In this document: positions 11,830 through 25,189 of the stretch, one piece after another
How the letters are laid out: each line of letters starts with the position of its first letter
Position numbering within the stretch: position 1 is the stretch's first letter
Assembly (NCBI GenBank): GCA_030390025.1
Contig: JASTWF010000327.1
Location: 372,001 to 436,000 of the forward strand
Direction of reading: 5' to 3'
Length of the DNA: 64,000 nt
Source of the DNA: Squalus acanthias
Taxonomy: Eukaryota
Position numbers and translations under genes: made by a program
Notes under the pieces: generated by a model
The model's input: only the letters and a program-made list of their open reading frames with translations
What the model was told of the DNA's origin: nothing
The model's database searches: none

Positions 11830-14167
11830 AGGAGAAACCACAACTGGCATTGACACAGCAGACCCATAAACAACGATGTAGAACGACAATGGAAAACATT
11901 TAAAACAGGGTTCAACAGAGTGCAGGAAAAATATATTCCACTAAAAGGAAAGAGCATACTAAACACTAATGAGACTCCATGGATGAATAAAGACATAAGG
12001 AAAAAATTGATGGTAAGGACAGAGGGATACGTCAAGTACATAGACAGCAGGGGAGTGCATGATAAGAGAGAATACAAAGTGATGAGGAGAGAAGTCAAAA
12101 AAACAATTCGGAAGGCAAAGAGCAACTATGCAATTAAATTATCAAGGAACATAAAACTAAATAGTAAAGTATTTTACAGGCACGTCAATAAAAAAGGAAG
12201 GTTGGGATGGGAATAGGGCCATTAAGTGATGGACAGGACAATACCACAGGTAACAATAGGGAGATGGCAGAAATATTAAATCGTTATTGCGCTTCGGTAT
12301 TTACCAGGGTGATAGAACAGGTGGACATGACATTGGATGATGAGATGAGTAATGAGATAAGTGCATTTAAAATAAAAAAGGGGAGATATTAAATAAACTA
12401 ATCAAACTCAGAGGATAAAAAATGGATTGCATGCACGTATTTTAAAAGAGTCTAGGGAAGAGTTAGCAGAGGCATTACTACATGTATTTAATAATTCGTT
12501 CGAAAATGTTGTAGTGCCAGAGGACTGGCGGATAGCTAACGTAATACCTATTTTTAAGAAGGGGGATAGAACGTGTCCAGGGAATTATAGACCAGTCAGC
12601 TTAACATCGGTGGTAGGAAAAATAATGGAATCCCTACTAAAGGAGAGAATAGAAGAACATCTAGAAATGAAAAATATAATAATAAATAGTCAGCATAGAT
12701 TTCAAAAGGGAAAATCTTGCTTGACCAACCTTACTGAATTTTTTGAAGAGGTAACAGAGAGAGTAGACAATGGTAATGCAGTAGATGTAATTTATCTAGA
12801 TTTTCAAAAGGCCTTCGATAAGATACCCATAATAGACTCATGAATAAGGTCAGAGAATGCAGAGTCAGGGGACAAGTAGCAGAATGGACGAAAGGTCTTC
12901 GACCTGAAACGTTAACTCTGTTTCTCTCTCCACGGATGCTGCCTGGCCTGTTGAGTTTTTCCAGCGTTTTCTGTTATAGCAGAATGGATTGCTGGCTGGC
13001 TTCAAGACAGAAAGCAGAGAGTCAGGGTAAAGGGCAGCTATTCACAGTGGCAGAAGGTGGGTAGTGGTGTTCCACAAGGATCAGTGCTGGGACCACTGCT
13101 GTTCACAATTTATATTAACGATTTAGACTTTGGAATCAAAAACACAATTTCTAAATTTGCGGATGATACCAAATTGGAGGGGGGGATAGTCAATACTGAG
13201 GAGACTGCAACAAATTACAGGAGGACATTAATAAACTTGCAGAATGGGCATATAATTGGCAAATGAAGTTCAACACAGACAAATGTGAGGTATTACATTT
13301 TGGTAGGAAGAATAGGGAGGTCACTTATCACTTGGAGGGTGCGAGTCTAGGTGCGGTAGAGGAACAAAGGGAGCTAGGAGTACAAATACACAAATCACTA
13401 AAAGTTGCGACACAAGTTAGCAAGGCCATAAAAAAAGCAAACCAAGCACTAGGGTTTATTTCTAGAGGAATAGAATTGAAAAGTAGGGAAGTTATGCTAA
13501 ACCTGTGTTGAACCTTGGCTAGACCGCACTTGGAGTACTGCGTACAGTTCTGGTCGCCATATTATAAAAAGGATATAGAGGCACTGGAAAGGGTGCAGAG
13601 AAGATTTACAAGGATGATAGCAGAAATGCGAGGGTATACATATCAGGAAAAGATGAACAGGCTGGGTCTCTTCTCTTGTAAAAAGGCTGAGGTGTGACCT
13701 AATAGAGGTCTTTAAAATTCTGAAAGGTTTTGATAGAGTGAATACAGAGAGAATGTTTCCACTTGTGGGGAAGAGCATAACTAGAGGCCATCAATATAAG
13801 ATAGTCACCAAGAAATCCAATAGGGAATTCAGAAGAAACTTCTTTACCCAGAGAGTGGTGAGAATGTGGAACTCGCTACCACAGGGAGTGGTTGAAGCGA
13901 ATAGTATCGATGCATTTAAGGGGAGGCTGGACAAGCAGATGAGGGAGAAGGGAATAGAGGGTTATGCTGATAGAGTTAGATGAGGAAAGATGGGAGGAGG
14001 CTCGAGTACAGCATGGACTGGTTGGGCCGAATGGCCTGTTTCTGTGCTGTATATCCGATGTAACCCACCAATCCTATTGGATTTCTTGGTGACTATCTTA
14101 TATTGATGGCCTCTAGATATCAAAACTCTATCAAAACCTTTCATCATTTTATAGACCTCGATTAGGT
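11830..14167 (+). mobile_element. Decayed 5'-truncated CR1 in the 5' region of gene A, plus a short inverted CR1 piece (~14070-14167)
   Basis: Broken ORF2 peptides from 11920 to 13983; 3' tail near 14060. Confidence 0.85.
12889..12976 (+). mobile_element. 88-bp Penelope-like insertion with a partial hammerhead motif
   Basis: 12-bp target-site duplication tagcagaatgga at 12877-12888 and 12977-12988. Contains (ga)cga-a-aggtc-ttc-gacct-gaaacgttaac. Confidence 0.65.
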
Positions 14168-14686
14168 CACCGCTGGATGCGGAAGTCGGTCCCTGGCCGC
14201 CTGTGTAGGTCTTTTTGTTGCTTCAGTTTGAGCTGGAGTGGAGATGGAGGAGAAGCTGCTGGGTTTAACCCCCAGTACTTCTGAGCTCTTTTCCTTCTGG
14301 GCAGTAGAAGTCGTGGGAGAGGTAGGGTGGCAGGTTCCCTTCCATAAGAACACAAGAATTAGGAGCAGGAGTGGGCCATATGTGATCCCCATATCCCTGA
14401 GGGACATGAGTGAACCAGGTGGGATTTTAATGACAATCCGGCAGCTTTCATCGTTACTTTCTTTCTATTACCGGCCCCACAAATTCCCAGATTCATTGAG
14501 CTCAATTTCATAACCTGTCTTTGTGTTTTTGTGGGTTCTCTCTCACACTCCCTTTTTCCTGTTTTATATTCATTTTACAGGGTATTGGAAGGGAAGGATT
14601 TGTAGACGGGAAATTTAACTCAACATCACATCAAGATCTGACAGAGTCACTCATTTCATCGAGACCTGAATATCATCAAACATAAC

Positions 14687-15892
14687 ATGGAAGCAAAAAG
14701 CACCGTTCACAGCGGGGAGAAACCGTACACGTGTTCTGTGTGTGGACGAGGATTCAGTCAATCCTCTGGCCTGTCGAGACACAAGCGCAGTCACACCGGG
14801 GAGAAACCGTGGAAATGTGGGGACTGTGGGAAAGGATTCGATTTCCCGTCTGAGCTGGAAATTCATCGGCGCACTCACACTGGGGAGAGGCCGTTCACCT
14901 GCTCTGTGTGTGGGAAGGGATTCACTTCTTCATCCCACCTGCTGACACACCAACCTGTTCACACAAACATGAGACCTTTTAAATGTTCTGACTGTGAGAA
15001 GAGCTTTAAAAGCAAAAGGGATCTGTTGGCACACCAGCGAATTCATTCTGGGGAAAGGCCATTCACCTGCTCTGAGTGTGGAAAAGGATTCACGAATTCA
15101 ACCACACTTCTGACACACCAGCGAGTTCACACTGGGGAGAGGCCGTTTACCTGCTCCGAGTGTGGGAAGGGATACACGAATTCAACCAACCTGCTGAGAC
15201 ACCAGCGAGTTCACACCGGGGAGAGAACGTTCACCTGCTCCATGTGTGGGAAGGGATTCACTACTTTATCCGACCTTCTGACACACCAGCGAGTTCACAC
15301 TGGGGAGAGGCCGTTCACCTGCTCCGTGTGTGAGAAGAAATTTGCTTGTTCATCCAGCCTCACTGATCATCAACTTGTTCACACCGATAAGAGACCTTTT
15401 AAATGTTCTGACTGTGAGAAGTACTTTAAAAGCACAAAGGATCTGCTGATACACCAGCGCACTCACACTGGGGAGAGGCCATTCACCTGCTCCATGTGTG
15501 GGAAGAGATTCACTCAGTCATCCAACCTGCGGAAACACCAGCGAGTTCACTCTGGGGAGAGGCCGTTCACCTGCTCCGTGTGTGGGAAAGGATTCACTCA
15601 GTCATCCAGCCTGCTGAGACACCAGCGAGTTCACACTGGGGAGAGGCCGTTCACCTGCTCCGTGTGTGGGAAGGGATTCACTCAGTCATCCAGCCTGCTG
15701 AGACACCAGCGAGTTCACACCGGGGAGAGGCCGTTCACCTGCTCCGTGTGTGGGAACGGATTCAACAGTACTTCCCACCTTCTGACACACCAGCGTGTTC
15801 ACACTGGGGAGAGGCCGTTCATCTGTTCCGAGTGTGGGAAGGGATTCACTCACTCATCCAACCTGCTGAGACACCAGCGAGTTCACAAGTGA
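14687..15892 (+). CDS. ZNF gene A: tandem C2H2 protein, 14 fingers, 401 aa, intact, no effector domain
   Basis: CxxC-12-HxxxH repeats with TGE(K/R)P linkers. Acceptor ttttacag|G at 14580/14581. Family 3' UTR follows and is truncated at ~15970. Confidence 0.92.
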   Translation: MEAKSTVHSGEKPYTCSVCGRGFSQSSGLSRHKRSHTGEKPWKCGDCGKGFDFPSELEIHRRTHTGERPFTCSVCGKGFTSSSHLLTHQPVHTNMRPFKCSDCEKSFKSKRDLLAHQRIHSGERPFTCSECGKGFTNSTTLLTHQRVHTGERPFTCSECGKGYTNSTNLLRHQRVHTGERTFTCSMCGKGFTTLSDLLTHQRVHTGERPFTCSVCEKKFACSSSLTDHQLVHTDKRPFKCSDCEKYFKSTKDLLIHQRTHTGERPFTCSMCGKRFTQSSNLRKHQRVHSGERPFTCSVCGKGFTQSSSLLRHQRVHTGERPFTCSVCGKGFTQSSSLLRHQRVHTGERPFTCSVCGNGFNSTSHLLTHQRVHTGERPFICSECGKGFTHSSNLLRHQRVHK

Positions 15893-17584
15893 CGGCAGGG
15901 GTTGGATTCTGCTGTTATTGCTGCTGTTAATCACATCCAGGACTGAACTATGTTCATTCTGACAGTTGGGATCACTCCTGCTGTTGAACCCCACCACTGA
16001 CCCTGCTGAAGGTTGTAGGCTCAGGGAGTGGGGCCTCCAGGAGTGGACGGTAAGAAAGCTGGGTTTCGGTATCCTGACAAATATGTGGCGAAGAACCAGA
16101 GAAATCCTTACTGAGGAAATGACTGGGGTTTCACCGGCCAGCGTAGGTCTAGGGGTGAATGATGCCTGACTCCCTGAACTGTCTTACATTGAACCCAGTT
16201 GAGGTCAAGAGGAATTCAGTTTACAGGAGAATAGAGAGAAATATCACCCACAGTTGAGGGAGACAAAAGCAGCCATTAGAGAAGCTCAGCGATCTTTGGA
16301 AAAGAAGATGGTGTCAATTGTGGTAAAAATGGGAAAATCTTTCCCAGCTCCGTCAGGAGGCAGAATCCCGTTAAAGATGGTTTTGGGCAGGGCTGGGCAA
16401 TGATTGGGGCTGGAGGGCCACTTAACAAGTTGTGGTGAGCTGTTGAGGGCCGCACACCAATGTTGCCCCTGAGGTGCGCGGCTGCACGGTGGCGCAGCAA
16501 TGGCGAGGCCCCGCGCAGGCCGCTCACCAGTTCCTGCCGCTGAGAGAGAAACCGCGCAGCACATTTAAAGGGACCGCGCACGTTGGTGAGAGCAAAGTGT
16601 TCAATTGGTGAATCGGAAACAGTCCGACTCTTAGTGTTGAGCATCGCACCACTTCTACCCTCCCAATAATTTATCAACATCAATTCAGATAGTCCTCAGA
16701 TACTATCTTAAATACACAGAATGTGGTGTAAGATAGTAAAATCTGCCGTTACTAAATGAATGAAATGAGTGATCGATCGATCGATGGATTATATGTTGGA
16801 CTGAAAGTCCACGTGGCTGTTTGGCCGAGCGGCTCGAGTCTTTTGAAGCACAAGTAGCTCTTTGTGGACACTGTTTCTGCTTCAAAAAACTGAAGAACAT
16901 CAGAAGTCATTAACGGAGACTGGCACAGCATGCCAGCTCAACAAATGGCACCAAGGAATGGTGGATGTGGGTTTATGCCCATTCTCCCTCACACAGCAAA
17001 TCCTTAATCCCCACTGGACTGTCGGGAAGAAAGAGGGGGGTCAACAGAAAGTGAGCCTGTCCCCACAAGGAAGTACATTTGGAGGGTGAGAGCCCACGGG
17101 TCACAGTAGAACGGCAGGGTCAGAGCAAGCTGCCCACCTGTTCCCTCAGCTGAGAATGCTTTGGTTGTGTGCAGGGACCTAAAGAGAAAAAAACACACAC
17201 AACAAAAAGTAAAAGGCCAAAGAAAACTTCAAAGGGTTTGCTTAAAGTAAGAAAATACTATATTTGTAAAATAACTGCAGGTAGTTCTTTGGCTAAACTC
17301 TTACTTAGTCAAACAATCATATTCCAATAAGTGATATTGCAGCTTGCTGTTGATGATAATTAGAGATGTACTTTGTCGATAAATAGTGTACGAGGTTAAA
17401 AAGCAGAAAGCTTCCCATTTGGGGATTCATGTTGCTGCGGAACTGCTCAGGCTGTTTCCATCGTTATTTTATTGTCCTTTTGGCCATTTTTTAGTAGTTG
17501 TCCTTCTAGTTCAGATATGCTGGGGGTAATTTGAACCTCCCCCACCTGACGGGATTGAATTTCCTGCCCGTTTTACACCTTCAC

Positions 17585-18460
17585 CCTCCATTACCTCATC
17601 AAAAAACTCAATCAACATCGTCAAACACGATTTGCCTTTAACAAATCCGTGCTGGCTCTCCTTTATTAGTCCATACTTACCCAAGTGGCTGTTAGTTTTC
17701 TCCTGGATTATTTCTAAAAGCTTCTCCACCACCAATGTTAAACTGACTAGCCTGTAATTGTCAGATTTATCCTTCTCCCCTTTTATGAACAAGGGTGTAG
17801 TATTTTCAGTCCTTTGGTCCCACCCCTGTATCTAAGGAGGATTGGAAGTTTGTGGCCAGCACCTCAGCAATTTCTACCCTTCCCTCAGCTACCTCGACTG
17901 CATCCCATCCGGACAGGGTGACTTATCCACTTTAAGAACCGCCAGCCTTTCTAGTGCCTCCTCTTTATCTATTTTTATCTCATCCTGTATCCCAGCAACC
18001 TCCTTGTTTACCATAGCTTTGGCAAAGTCCTCTTCCTTGGTAAACACCGATGCAAAGTATTCATTTAGTACCTCAGCCATGCCTTCTGCCTCCACCAATA
18101 GATCTCTATTTTGGTCCCTAATCAGCTCCACCATTCCTCTGACTACTATTTTACTGTTAATATGCCTATAGAAGACCTTTGGATTCCCTTTTATGTGAGC
18201 TGCCAATCTATTCTCATACTGTCTCTTTGCCCCTCTTATTTTCTTTTTCACTTGTCCTCTGTACTTTTTATATTCAGCCTGATTCTCCCTTGTATTATCA
18301 AGCTGACATCTGTTATACGCCCCTTTTTCTGCTTCATCCTACTCTCTAACTCCTTCCTCATTCAGGGAGCTCTGGCTTTGGTTGCTCTCCCTTTCCCCCT
18401 TGTACCAAAACTGTACCCGAACCACCTCCTCTTTTAAGGCCGCCCATTGCTCCATTACTA
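17585..18460 (-). mobile_element. CR1 ORF2 internal fragment
   Basis: Peptides MAEVLNEYFASVFT, KSPCPDG, NYRLVSLT, GKSCLT. Confidence 0.8.
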
Positions 18461-18714
18461 GTTGACGATGGCAGAAGAAGCTTCGCCCAGAAGAAGTCAT
18501 CCAAACAGAAGAAGAACCTCCAGTGCGACAAGAGCTGATCGCTCTCCCGCCTTAACGCTGAGATCCTTGGTCTTCACATTTATCTATTGCTTGATGCTTG
18601 TGTGAACTGTTAAATGATTAAAGGTAATTTTTGATTAACTAAAGTCCAGAGCAGTGTGTCTTTCTTTGACTGCCGAATGTCCAGTTCCACTAAATCACTG
18701 GAATATCTGTATCC

Positions 18715-18972
18715 CTACACCAGTGGGTGTAGAACTGAACCCAGCCAGAGTAGTGGGACAGTTTGGAAATGGTGCGATGGGTTTGGATTTCAGCACAGGG
18801 ATGAGGGAGAGTGTGTGCGACTGGGATTTAGTTTTAGAGGAACAAGAGAAAGTAATGTTCCATATAAATGCGAATTGTCTGTTCTGAATTTCTATCCTGT
18901 ACTTCCAGTGATGACTTTTGTAAACTCCTTTTACAGGGGATTAGAAGGGGAGGATTTACAGACCAAACAAAC
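18715..18972 (+). pseudogene. Remnant of a ZNF-gene intron end and coding-exon start, with no fingers
   Basis: Matches 46810-46945 and 55910-56000, including ctccttttacag|gg; cut off by CR1 at ~18975. Confidence 0.65.
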
Positions 18973-18974
18973 TC

Positions 18975-20115
18975 CACACCTTGGTCATCTTGTAGATTGT
19001 ACAAACTGTTATGGATAACAAGCTGGTTACAAACAGAAAACAGAGTAGGGGTTAGGAGTGGCTACTCCGACTGGCAAAAGGTGGGAAGTGGTGTTCCACA
19101 GGGATCGGTGCTGGGACCACTGTTGTTCACCATTTACAGAAACGATTTGGACTTGGGAATCAGAAGTACAATTTCAAAATTTGTCAATGACACCAAATTG
19201 GGGGGTATAGTTAATACTGAGGAAAACTGCGAGAAAATGCAAGAAGACATTAATAAGCTAGCAGAATGGGAGGGTAATTCGCAAATAAATTTCAATATAG
19301 CCAAGTGTGAGGTGGTGCATTTTGGTAAGAAGAATAAGGAGGCCACACACTACTTTAACATAAGAATCTAAATGGGGGAGAAGAGCAAAGGGATCTCGGG
19401 GTCCAGATACACAAATCACTAAAAGTAGCGACGCAGGTTAATGAGGCCATAACAGGAGCAAACAATGGACTGGGGCTCATTTCTAGAGGGATAGAATTAA
19501 AAAGCAGAGCAATTACATTAAACTTGTATAGGACATTGGTTAGACCACACTTGGAGTACTGTGCACAGTTCTGGTCTCCATATTATAGAAAGGATATAGA
19601 GAAACTGGAGAAGATGCAAAAAGGCTTTGCAAGGATGATCCCAGAACTGAGAGAAATATATTTATCAGGAAAGCCTGAACAGGCTGGGGCTCTTTTCTCT
19701 AGAATAAAGAGAAGGCCGATGGGTGACCTGATCGAGGTCTTTAAGATTATGAAAAGGTTATAGAGGGTGGACCTGGAGAAAATGTTTCCACTTGTGGGGG
19801 AGTCCAAAACTACAGGTCATAAATATAACACAGTCTCTAATAAATCCAATGGGGAATTCAGGAGAAACTTCTTTACCCAAAGAGAGGTAAGAATGTGGAA
19901 CGTGCTACCACAAGGAGTAGTTGAGGCGAATAGCACAGCTGCATTCATGGGGAAGGTAGATAAGCACATGAGGGAGAAAGGAATAGAAGGATATGCTAAT
20001 AGGGTTCGATGAAGAGTGGTGGGAGGAGACTCGTGTGGAGCAGAAACACCGGCATTGACCAGTTGGGCCGAATGGCCTGTTCCTGTGCTGTAGACTCTGT
20101 AATTCGATGTAACTC
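18975..20115 (+). mobile_element. 5'-truncated decayed CR1
   Basis: [17 protein letters not shown] and RRNFFTQR peptides; 3' tail. Confidence 0.85.
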
Positions 20116-21198
20116 TGTGTAACTATGTCTTCTGACTCCTGACACAGCTGGAAAAGCTTTTACTATTATTTCCATAATTGTGCAGCATCTTCTTTCCAAA
20201 GATCTCTTAGCTTCTCTAATGGCTACTTTTGCCTCACTCAATTGTGGGTGATATTTGTCCCTATTCTCCTGTAAACTGAACTCACCTTGATCTGAACTGG
20301 GTTCCCCGTGGATGTTCCGGGTCGTGTATTTTTAGTTATCCTGGTGTCTAACACACACACATCAATAAAACAGGGAGTTCCTGGAAACACGCTGCAGGTC
20401 CTTCTTTATCTGGAGATCAAATGTCTGTTGTATAATTGTACCAGCAGTTAACAGGCTCCTGTGAACTCCTCCCTCTGCTATTTTAATGCAGACTTTAACC
20501 AATTTATTTTAAATGGGTTTATTTTAAATGAGTTAATGCCTGCCTTAAAATGGTAGACTCAGGACTGTCCCATAAACATGTTAAATCTTTGTGGAATAAT
20601 TACCAGTCATTTTTAGAATGGAAACTTAACCCTGCCGTGTCACTTTCTGTCAGGAACAGATCGCAGTTTGACACCAATCTCTGATTTGACAGCACGTTTC
20701 CAGCATTCACCGTTGTTCTTCCTGACTCTAAACACAGTTGTAAAGGAGCCTTCTGTTCCGTGCCCAGGAGCTCTGACCCATGGGAGAGAGCGGCTGGGAC
20801 ACATTTCTTACAGGCCTCAAGATTAACCCACACGGGAACTTTGCTGTCAGTGAAGAGAGACGAGAAAGACCAAAGTGCCGTTTGCCCCTCTCAGTGTGGC
20901 CCTGAAGGACTGTGTCCAGGCTGAAGTTCTGTTCCTGCCGTACGATCCTCCCCCCCAGATTGTCCTTTCTGAGCTCCAGCCCGGTGATGCTAAACACTCA
21001 GGTGGGAAAGACAAACATCTACAACAATGTGTTTAACACAAAGCTGATTTATTTGACATATATCCAGAATATTAAACTCCAGCCCAGTTATAGGGGTTAT
21101 TAACATCAGCAGAAACAAACCCCAACTGTCAGAATGAACATGGTTCAGTCCTGGATGTGATTAACAGCAGCAATAACAGCAGAATCCAACCCCTGCAG

Positions 21199-22320
21199 TC
21201 ATTTGTGAACGCGCTGGTGTCTCAGCAGGTGGGATGACCGAGTGAATCCCTTCCCACACACGGAGCAGGTGAACGGCATCTCCTCAGTGTGAACTCGCTG
21301 GTGTGTCAGCAGGGAGGATGACAGAGTGAATCTCTTCCCACACACAGAGCAGGTGAAAGGCCTCTCCCCAGTGTGAACTCGCTGGTGTATTAGAAGGTCG
21401 GATGACTGAGTAAATCCCTTCCCACACTCAGTGCAGGTGAACGGCCTCTCCCCATTGTGAACTCGCTGGTGTTTCAGAAGGTTGGATGACTGAGTGAATC
21501 CCTTCCCACACATGGAGCAGGTGAACGGCCTCTCCCCAGTGTGAACTCTCTGGTGTATCAGAAGGTAGGATGACTGAGTGAATCCCTTCCCACAGATGGA
21601 GCAGGTGAACGGCCTCTCCCCAGAATGAGTGCGCTGGTGTACAGTGAGTTCAGATGATCGCCTGAACCCAGTGCCACAGTGAGAGCACCTGAACGGCCTC
21701 TCCCCAGTGTGAGTGCGCTGGTGTACAGTGAGGTCAGATGACTGCCTGAACCCAGTCCCACAGTGAGAGCACCTGAACGGTCTCTCGTCAGTGTGAACTC
21801 GCTGATGGCACGTCAGTTCCCTGGAACTTTTATAGCACTTCCCACAGTCCGAGCATTTAAAAGGTCTCTCGTCAGTGTGAACTTGCTGGTGATTCAGCAG
21901 ATTGGATGACTGAGTGAATCCCTTCCCACAGTCAGAGCAGGTGAATGGCCTCTCCCCAGTGTGAATGCGCTGGTGTGCCAGCAGGGTGGATGACTGAGCG
22001 AATCCCTTCCCACACATGGAGCAGGTGAACGGCCTCTCCCCAGTGTGAACTCGCTGGTGTGTCAGTAGGTGGGATGAACGAGTGAAACCCTTCCCACACA
22101 CGAAGCAGGTGAATGGTCTCTCCCCAGTGTGAACTTGCTGGTGTGTCAGGAGGTGGGATGAATTAGTGAAACCCTTCCCACACTCAGAGCAGGGAAACGG
22201 CCTCTCCCCGGTGTGACTTCGTTTGTGTCTTTCCAGGTTGGATGATCGGCTGAAGCCTTGTCCACACACAGAACACGTGTACAGTTTCTCCCCGCTCTGA
22301 ATGATGCTTTTTGCTTCCAT
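21199..22320 (-). CDS. ZNF gene B: tandem C2H2 protein, 13 fingers, 373 aa, intact
   Basis: ATG at 22320 (MEAKSII). Acceptor near 22430, family 3' UTR, AATAAA at 21048-21053 (- strand). Confidence 0.92.
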   Translation of the reverse strand: MEAKSIIQSGEKLYTCSVCGQGFSRSSNLERHKRSHTGERPFPCSECGKGFTNSSHLLTHQQVHTGERPFTCFVCGKGFTRSSHLLTHQRVHTGERPFTCSMCGKGFAQSSTLLAHQRIHTGERPFTCSDCGKGFTQSSNLLNHQQVHTDERPFKCSDCGKCYKSSRELTCHQRVHTDERPFRCSHCGTGFRQSSDLTVHQRTHTGERPFRCSHCGTGFRRSSELTVHQRTHSGERPFTCSICGKGFTQSSYLLIHQRVHTGERPFTCSMCGKGFTQSSNLLKHQRVHNGERPFTCTECGKGFTQSSDLLIHQRVHTGERPFTCSVCGKRFTLSSSLLTHQRVHTEEMPFTCSVCGKGFTRSSHLLRHQRVHK

Positions 22321-23244
22321 GTTCAAAGGCTGATGATATTCAGGTCCCGATTAATCAAGTGACTCTGTCAGATCTTGATGTGATGTTTTGTTTGAGTTTC
22401 CCATCTTCAAATCCTCCCTTTCTAATACCTTGTAAAATGAATTTAAAACAGGAAAAAGGGAGTGTGAGAGAGAACCCAGAAAAACTACAAAGGCAAGTTA
22501 TGAAATTGAGCTGAATGAATCTGGTCATTTGTGGGGCTGGCACCAGAAAAAAGTGACCATGAAAGCTGCCAGATTGTCGTAAAAACCCAACTGGTTCACT
22601 AATGTCCTTCAGGGCAGAGAACCCGCCACCCAGTCTGGGCTGACACAAGACTCTGGCCTCCATGGGAGGAGAGAGAGAAATGTGGGATGGCGAGGGTTCG
22701 AAGGAGAGAGACTTTATACATCTGCAGCTCGACAACTTTGCCAAAACCTCCCAAACCCACGACCTCCAGCTTGTAGAAGGACAAGGGAAGCAGGTGTTTG
22801 GGAACACAATCACCACCAAGTTCCCCATCCTGACCGTTCGTTGCTGGGTCAAAATCTGGTAACTCCTGGCATTGTGGGAGTATCTTCACCACACAGACTG
22901 CAGCGGTTCAAGAAGAAGGCCCACCACCACCTTCTCAACGGGAAATTGGGGATTGGCAATATATGCTGGCCTTGCTAGCAATGCCCATATCCCAAGAATT
23001 AATTTTAAAAATCTGTATGTAAAACGGATTAAAAGCCTTTACAGAAATACTTGTTCCTAAAACAATACTTTTTTGCATTGTACGGACAGTGTCTATTTAG
23101 CCACCTAATCTCCCCTAGAATCCACCTCCCTTGACAGTCTCACATTGAGCTCAGGGGTACTCGGGGTTAAAATGAGCAGTTTCTCCTCCATCTCCACTCC
23201 AGCTCAAACTGATGAAACAAGAAAGACCTACACAGGCGGCCAGG

Positions 23245-23760
23245 GACCTACCTTCCGTCAGCCTGCAATAAAACACTTCCCCACAGCCGCTGATTAATGG
23301 CGGCCGCAGCTCCCACAATTCCCCGCGCCCCAGAAACCGCTCTATCTAACGCGCTGATTTCCCCGCTGAGAGTGCGCATGCTCCCCGGGGCCGCGGGCCA
23401 TTCTGGGAGCCTGGCTCCTGTCCTTTGTCCCGAGTCGGACTCGGTGGAACCGGCTGAAGAAACCGGGAAGCGGCGGCTCGGATGGGGGAGGCGCTGCACC
23501 CTGGGTTTCCTGGTGCCGGGGCCCTGGCCGCACGTCCGCCGGCCCGGCCGCTCTGATTCGGGGCCTGAGACGCGCACTCGGTGTTGCTGAGGCCGCGCTC
23601 GCCCCCGCTCAGTTTCCTGGAGCCGCACCGCGCATGCTCCGCGCAGGAAGGCGGTCTCGGGGAACAGCCCTTCCCGCGCCTGCGCACTACGCCCCTGCTG
23701 ATGGAGATAGGGCGTATTCACCTGCGCGGGCCACTCTGGGTAAGGGCATCCGCCATGTTC
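23245..23760 (-). promoter_or_regulatory. CpG-island promoter and non-coding exon 1 of gene B
   Basis: GC/CpG-rich with gcgcatgc sites; donor aag|gtaggt at ~23251; homologous to 11595-11825 and 14180-14270. Confidence 0.7.
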
Positions 23761-23849
23761 ATCAAAGCAGATTAAAACAACGCAGAAAGCGGCCTATCGA
23801 GCCTGTGCCGGCTCTTTGGTAGAGCTATAGAATTAATTCCACTCCCCTG

Positions 23850-24190
23850 CTCCAGAGACTTGAGCACATCAATCTAGGCTGACGCTCCAGTGCAGTGCTG
23901 AGGGAGTGCTGCATTGTCGGAGGTGCCCTCTTTCAGATGAGAGGTTAAACCGAGGTGCCGTCTGCTCTCTCAGGTGGACATAAACGATCCCAAAGCACTA
24001 TTTCGAAGAAGAGCAGGGGAGTGTCTTTGCCAATATTTATTCCTCAATCAACATAACAAAAACAGATGATCTGGTCATTATCACATTTCTGTTTGTGGGA
24101 GCTTGCTGTGTGCAAATTGGCTGCTGCATTTCCTACATTACAACAGTGACTACACTTCAAAAAGTACTTAATTGTAAAGTGCTTTGGGAT
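23850..24190 (+). mobile_element. SacSINE1/DeuSINE-like SINE
   Basis: Homologous to 4430-4780. Confidence 0.8.
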
Positions 24191-24815
24191 CTTGGGCTTC
24201 ATAATTAGAGGCATAGTGTACAAAAGCAAGGAAGTTATGATGAACCTTCATAAAACGCTGGTTCAGCCTCAACTAGAGTATTGTGTCCAATTCTGGGCAC
24301 CGCACTTTAGGAAGGATGTGAAGGTCTTAGAGTGGGTGCAAAAAAGATTTACGAGAATGATGAGGGACTTCAGTTACGTGGATAGACTAGAGAAGTTGGG
24401 GGGGGTTGTTCTCCTTAGAGCAGAGACAGTTGAGAGGAGATTTGATAGTGGTGTTCAAAATCATGAGGGTTCTGGACAGAGTAGATAGAGAGAAACTGTT
24501 CCCATTGGCGGAAGGGTCGAGAACCAGAGGACACAGATTTAAGGTGATTGGCAGAAGAATCAAAGGCGACATGAGGAAAAACTTTTTTACGCAGTGAGTG
24601 GTTAGGATCTGGAATGTACTGCCTGAAAGGGTGGTGGAGGCAGATTCAGTTGTGACTTTGAAAAGGGAATTGGATAAGTAACTGAAGGAAAAAAATTTGC
24701 AGGGCTACGGAGAAAGGACGGGGGGAGTGGGACTAGCTGAAGTGGTCTTGCAGAGAGCCGGCACGGGCTTGACAGGCAGAATGGCCTCCTTCTGTGCTGT
24801 AAACATTGAATTCTA
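24191..24815 (+). mobile_element. CR1 3' fragment
   Basis: QPQLEYCVQFWAPH and MRKNFFTQ; 3' tail. Confidence 0.8.
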
Positions 24816-24844
24816 CTCGAGGGACACATGATCTGGGGCCCACA

Positions 24845-25040
24845 GTGTGATTGACGGTAGCTTCCAACCAATAGGGAGCGAGCGGGGCGGGGCTGGAGGA
24901 GCGAGCCGGCGGGTCCTCCAACCAATCGGGGAGCCCGAGGGGCGGGACTAGCGCCGGCTGATTGTCTGATCCGCAGGGCAGCGAGTTTCTCCAGTCCCTT
25001 GTTCAGGGCCCGGGGCCAGGGGAGGCTGTGGGCCTTTATT
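24845..25040 (-). promoter_or_regulatory. CCAAT/GC-box promoter core, paralogous to 38520-38700 and 54836-54940
   Basis: tgattgacgg..ccaatagg..ggggcgggg..ccaatcggg..ggggcggga. Confidence 0.7.
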
Positions 25041-25189
25041 CCCCTTATTGGACACAAGGCTCTTTATTTCACAACGGACTGTCTCAGTTTTAAATATCGG
25101 GTTTTTAAAAGTGTTTCATTCATCAGAAAAAGACAAAGTACTGGTCATACTGGTCACCTTAACAGAATCTCCTCATATTTATTAAAAAA

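Noticed and set aside
11444..11899. GC-rich ORFs over promoter modules (also 23248-23721, 45847-46357, 54384-55081)
   Set aside because: Stop-poor CpG-island sequence open in several frames, with no recognisable domain.
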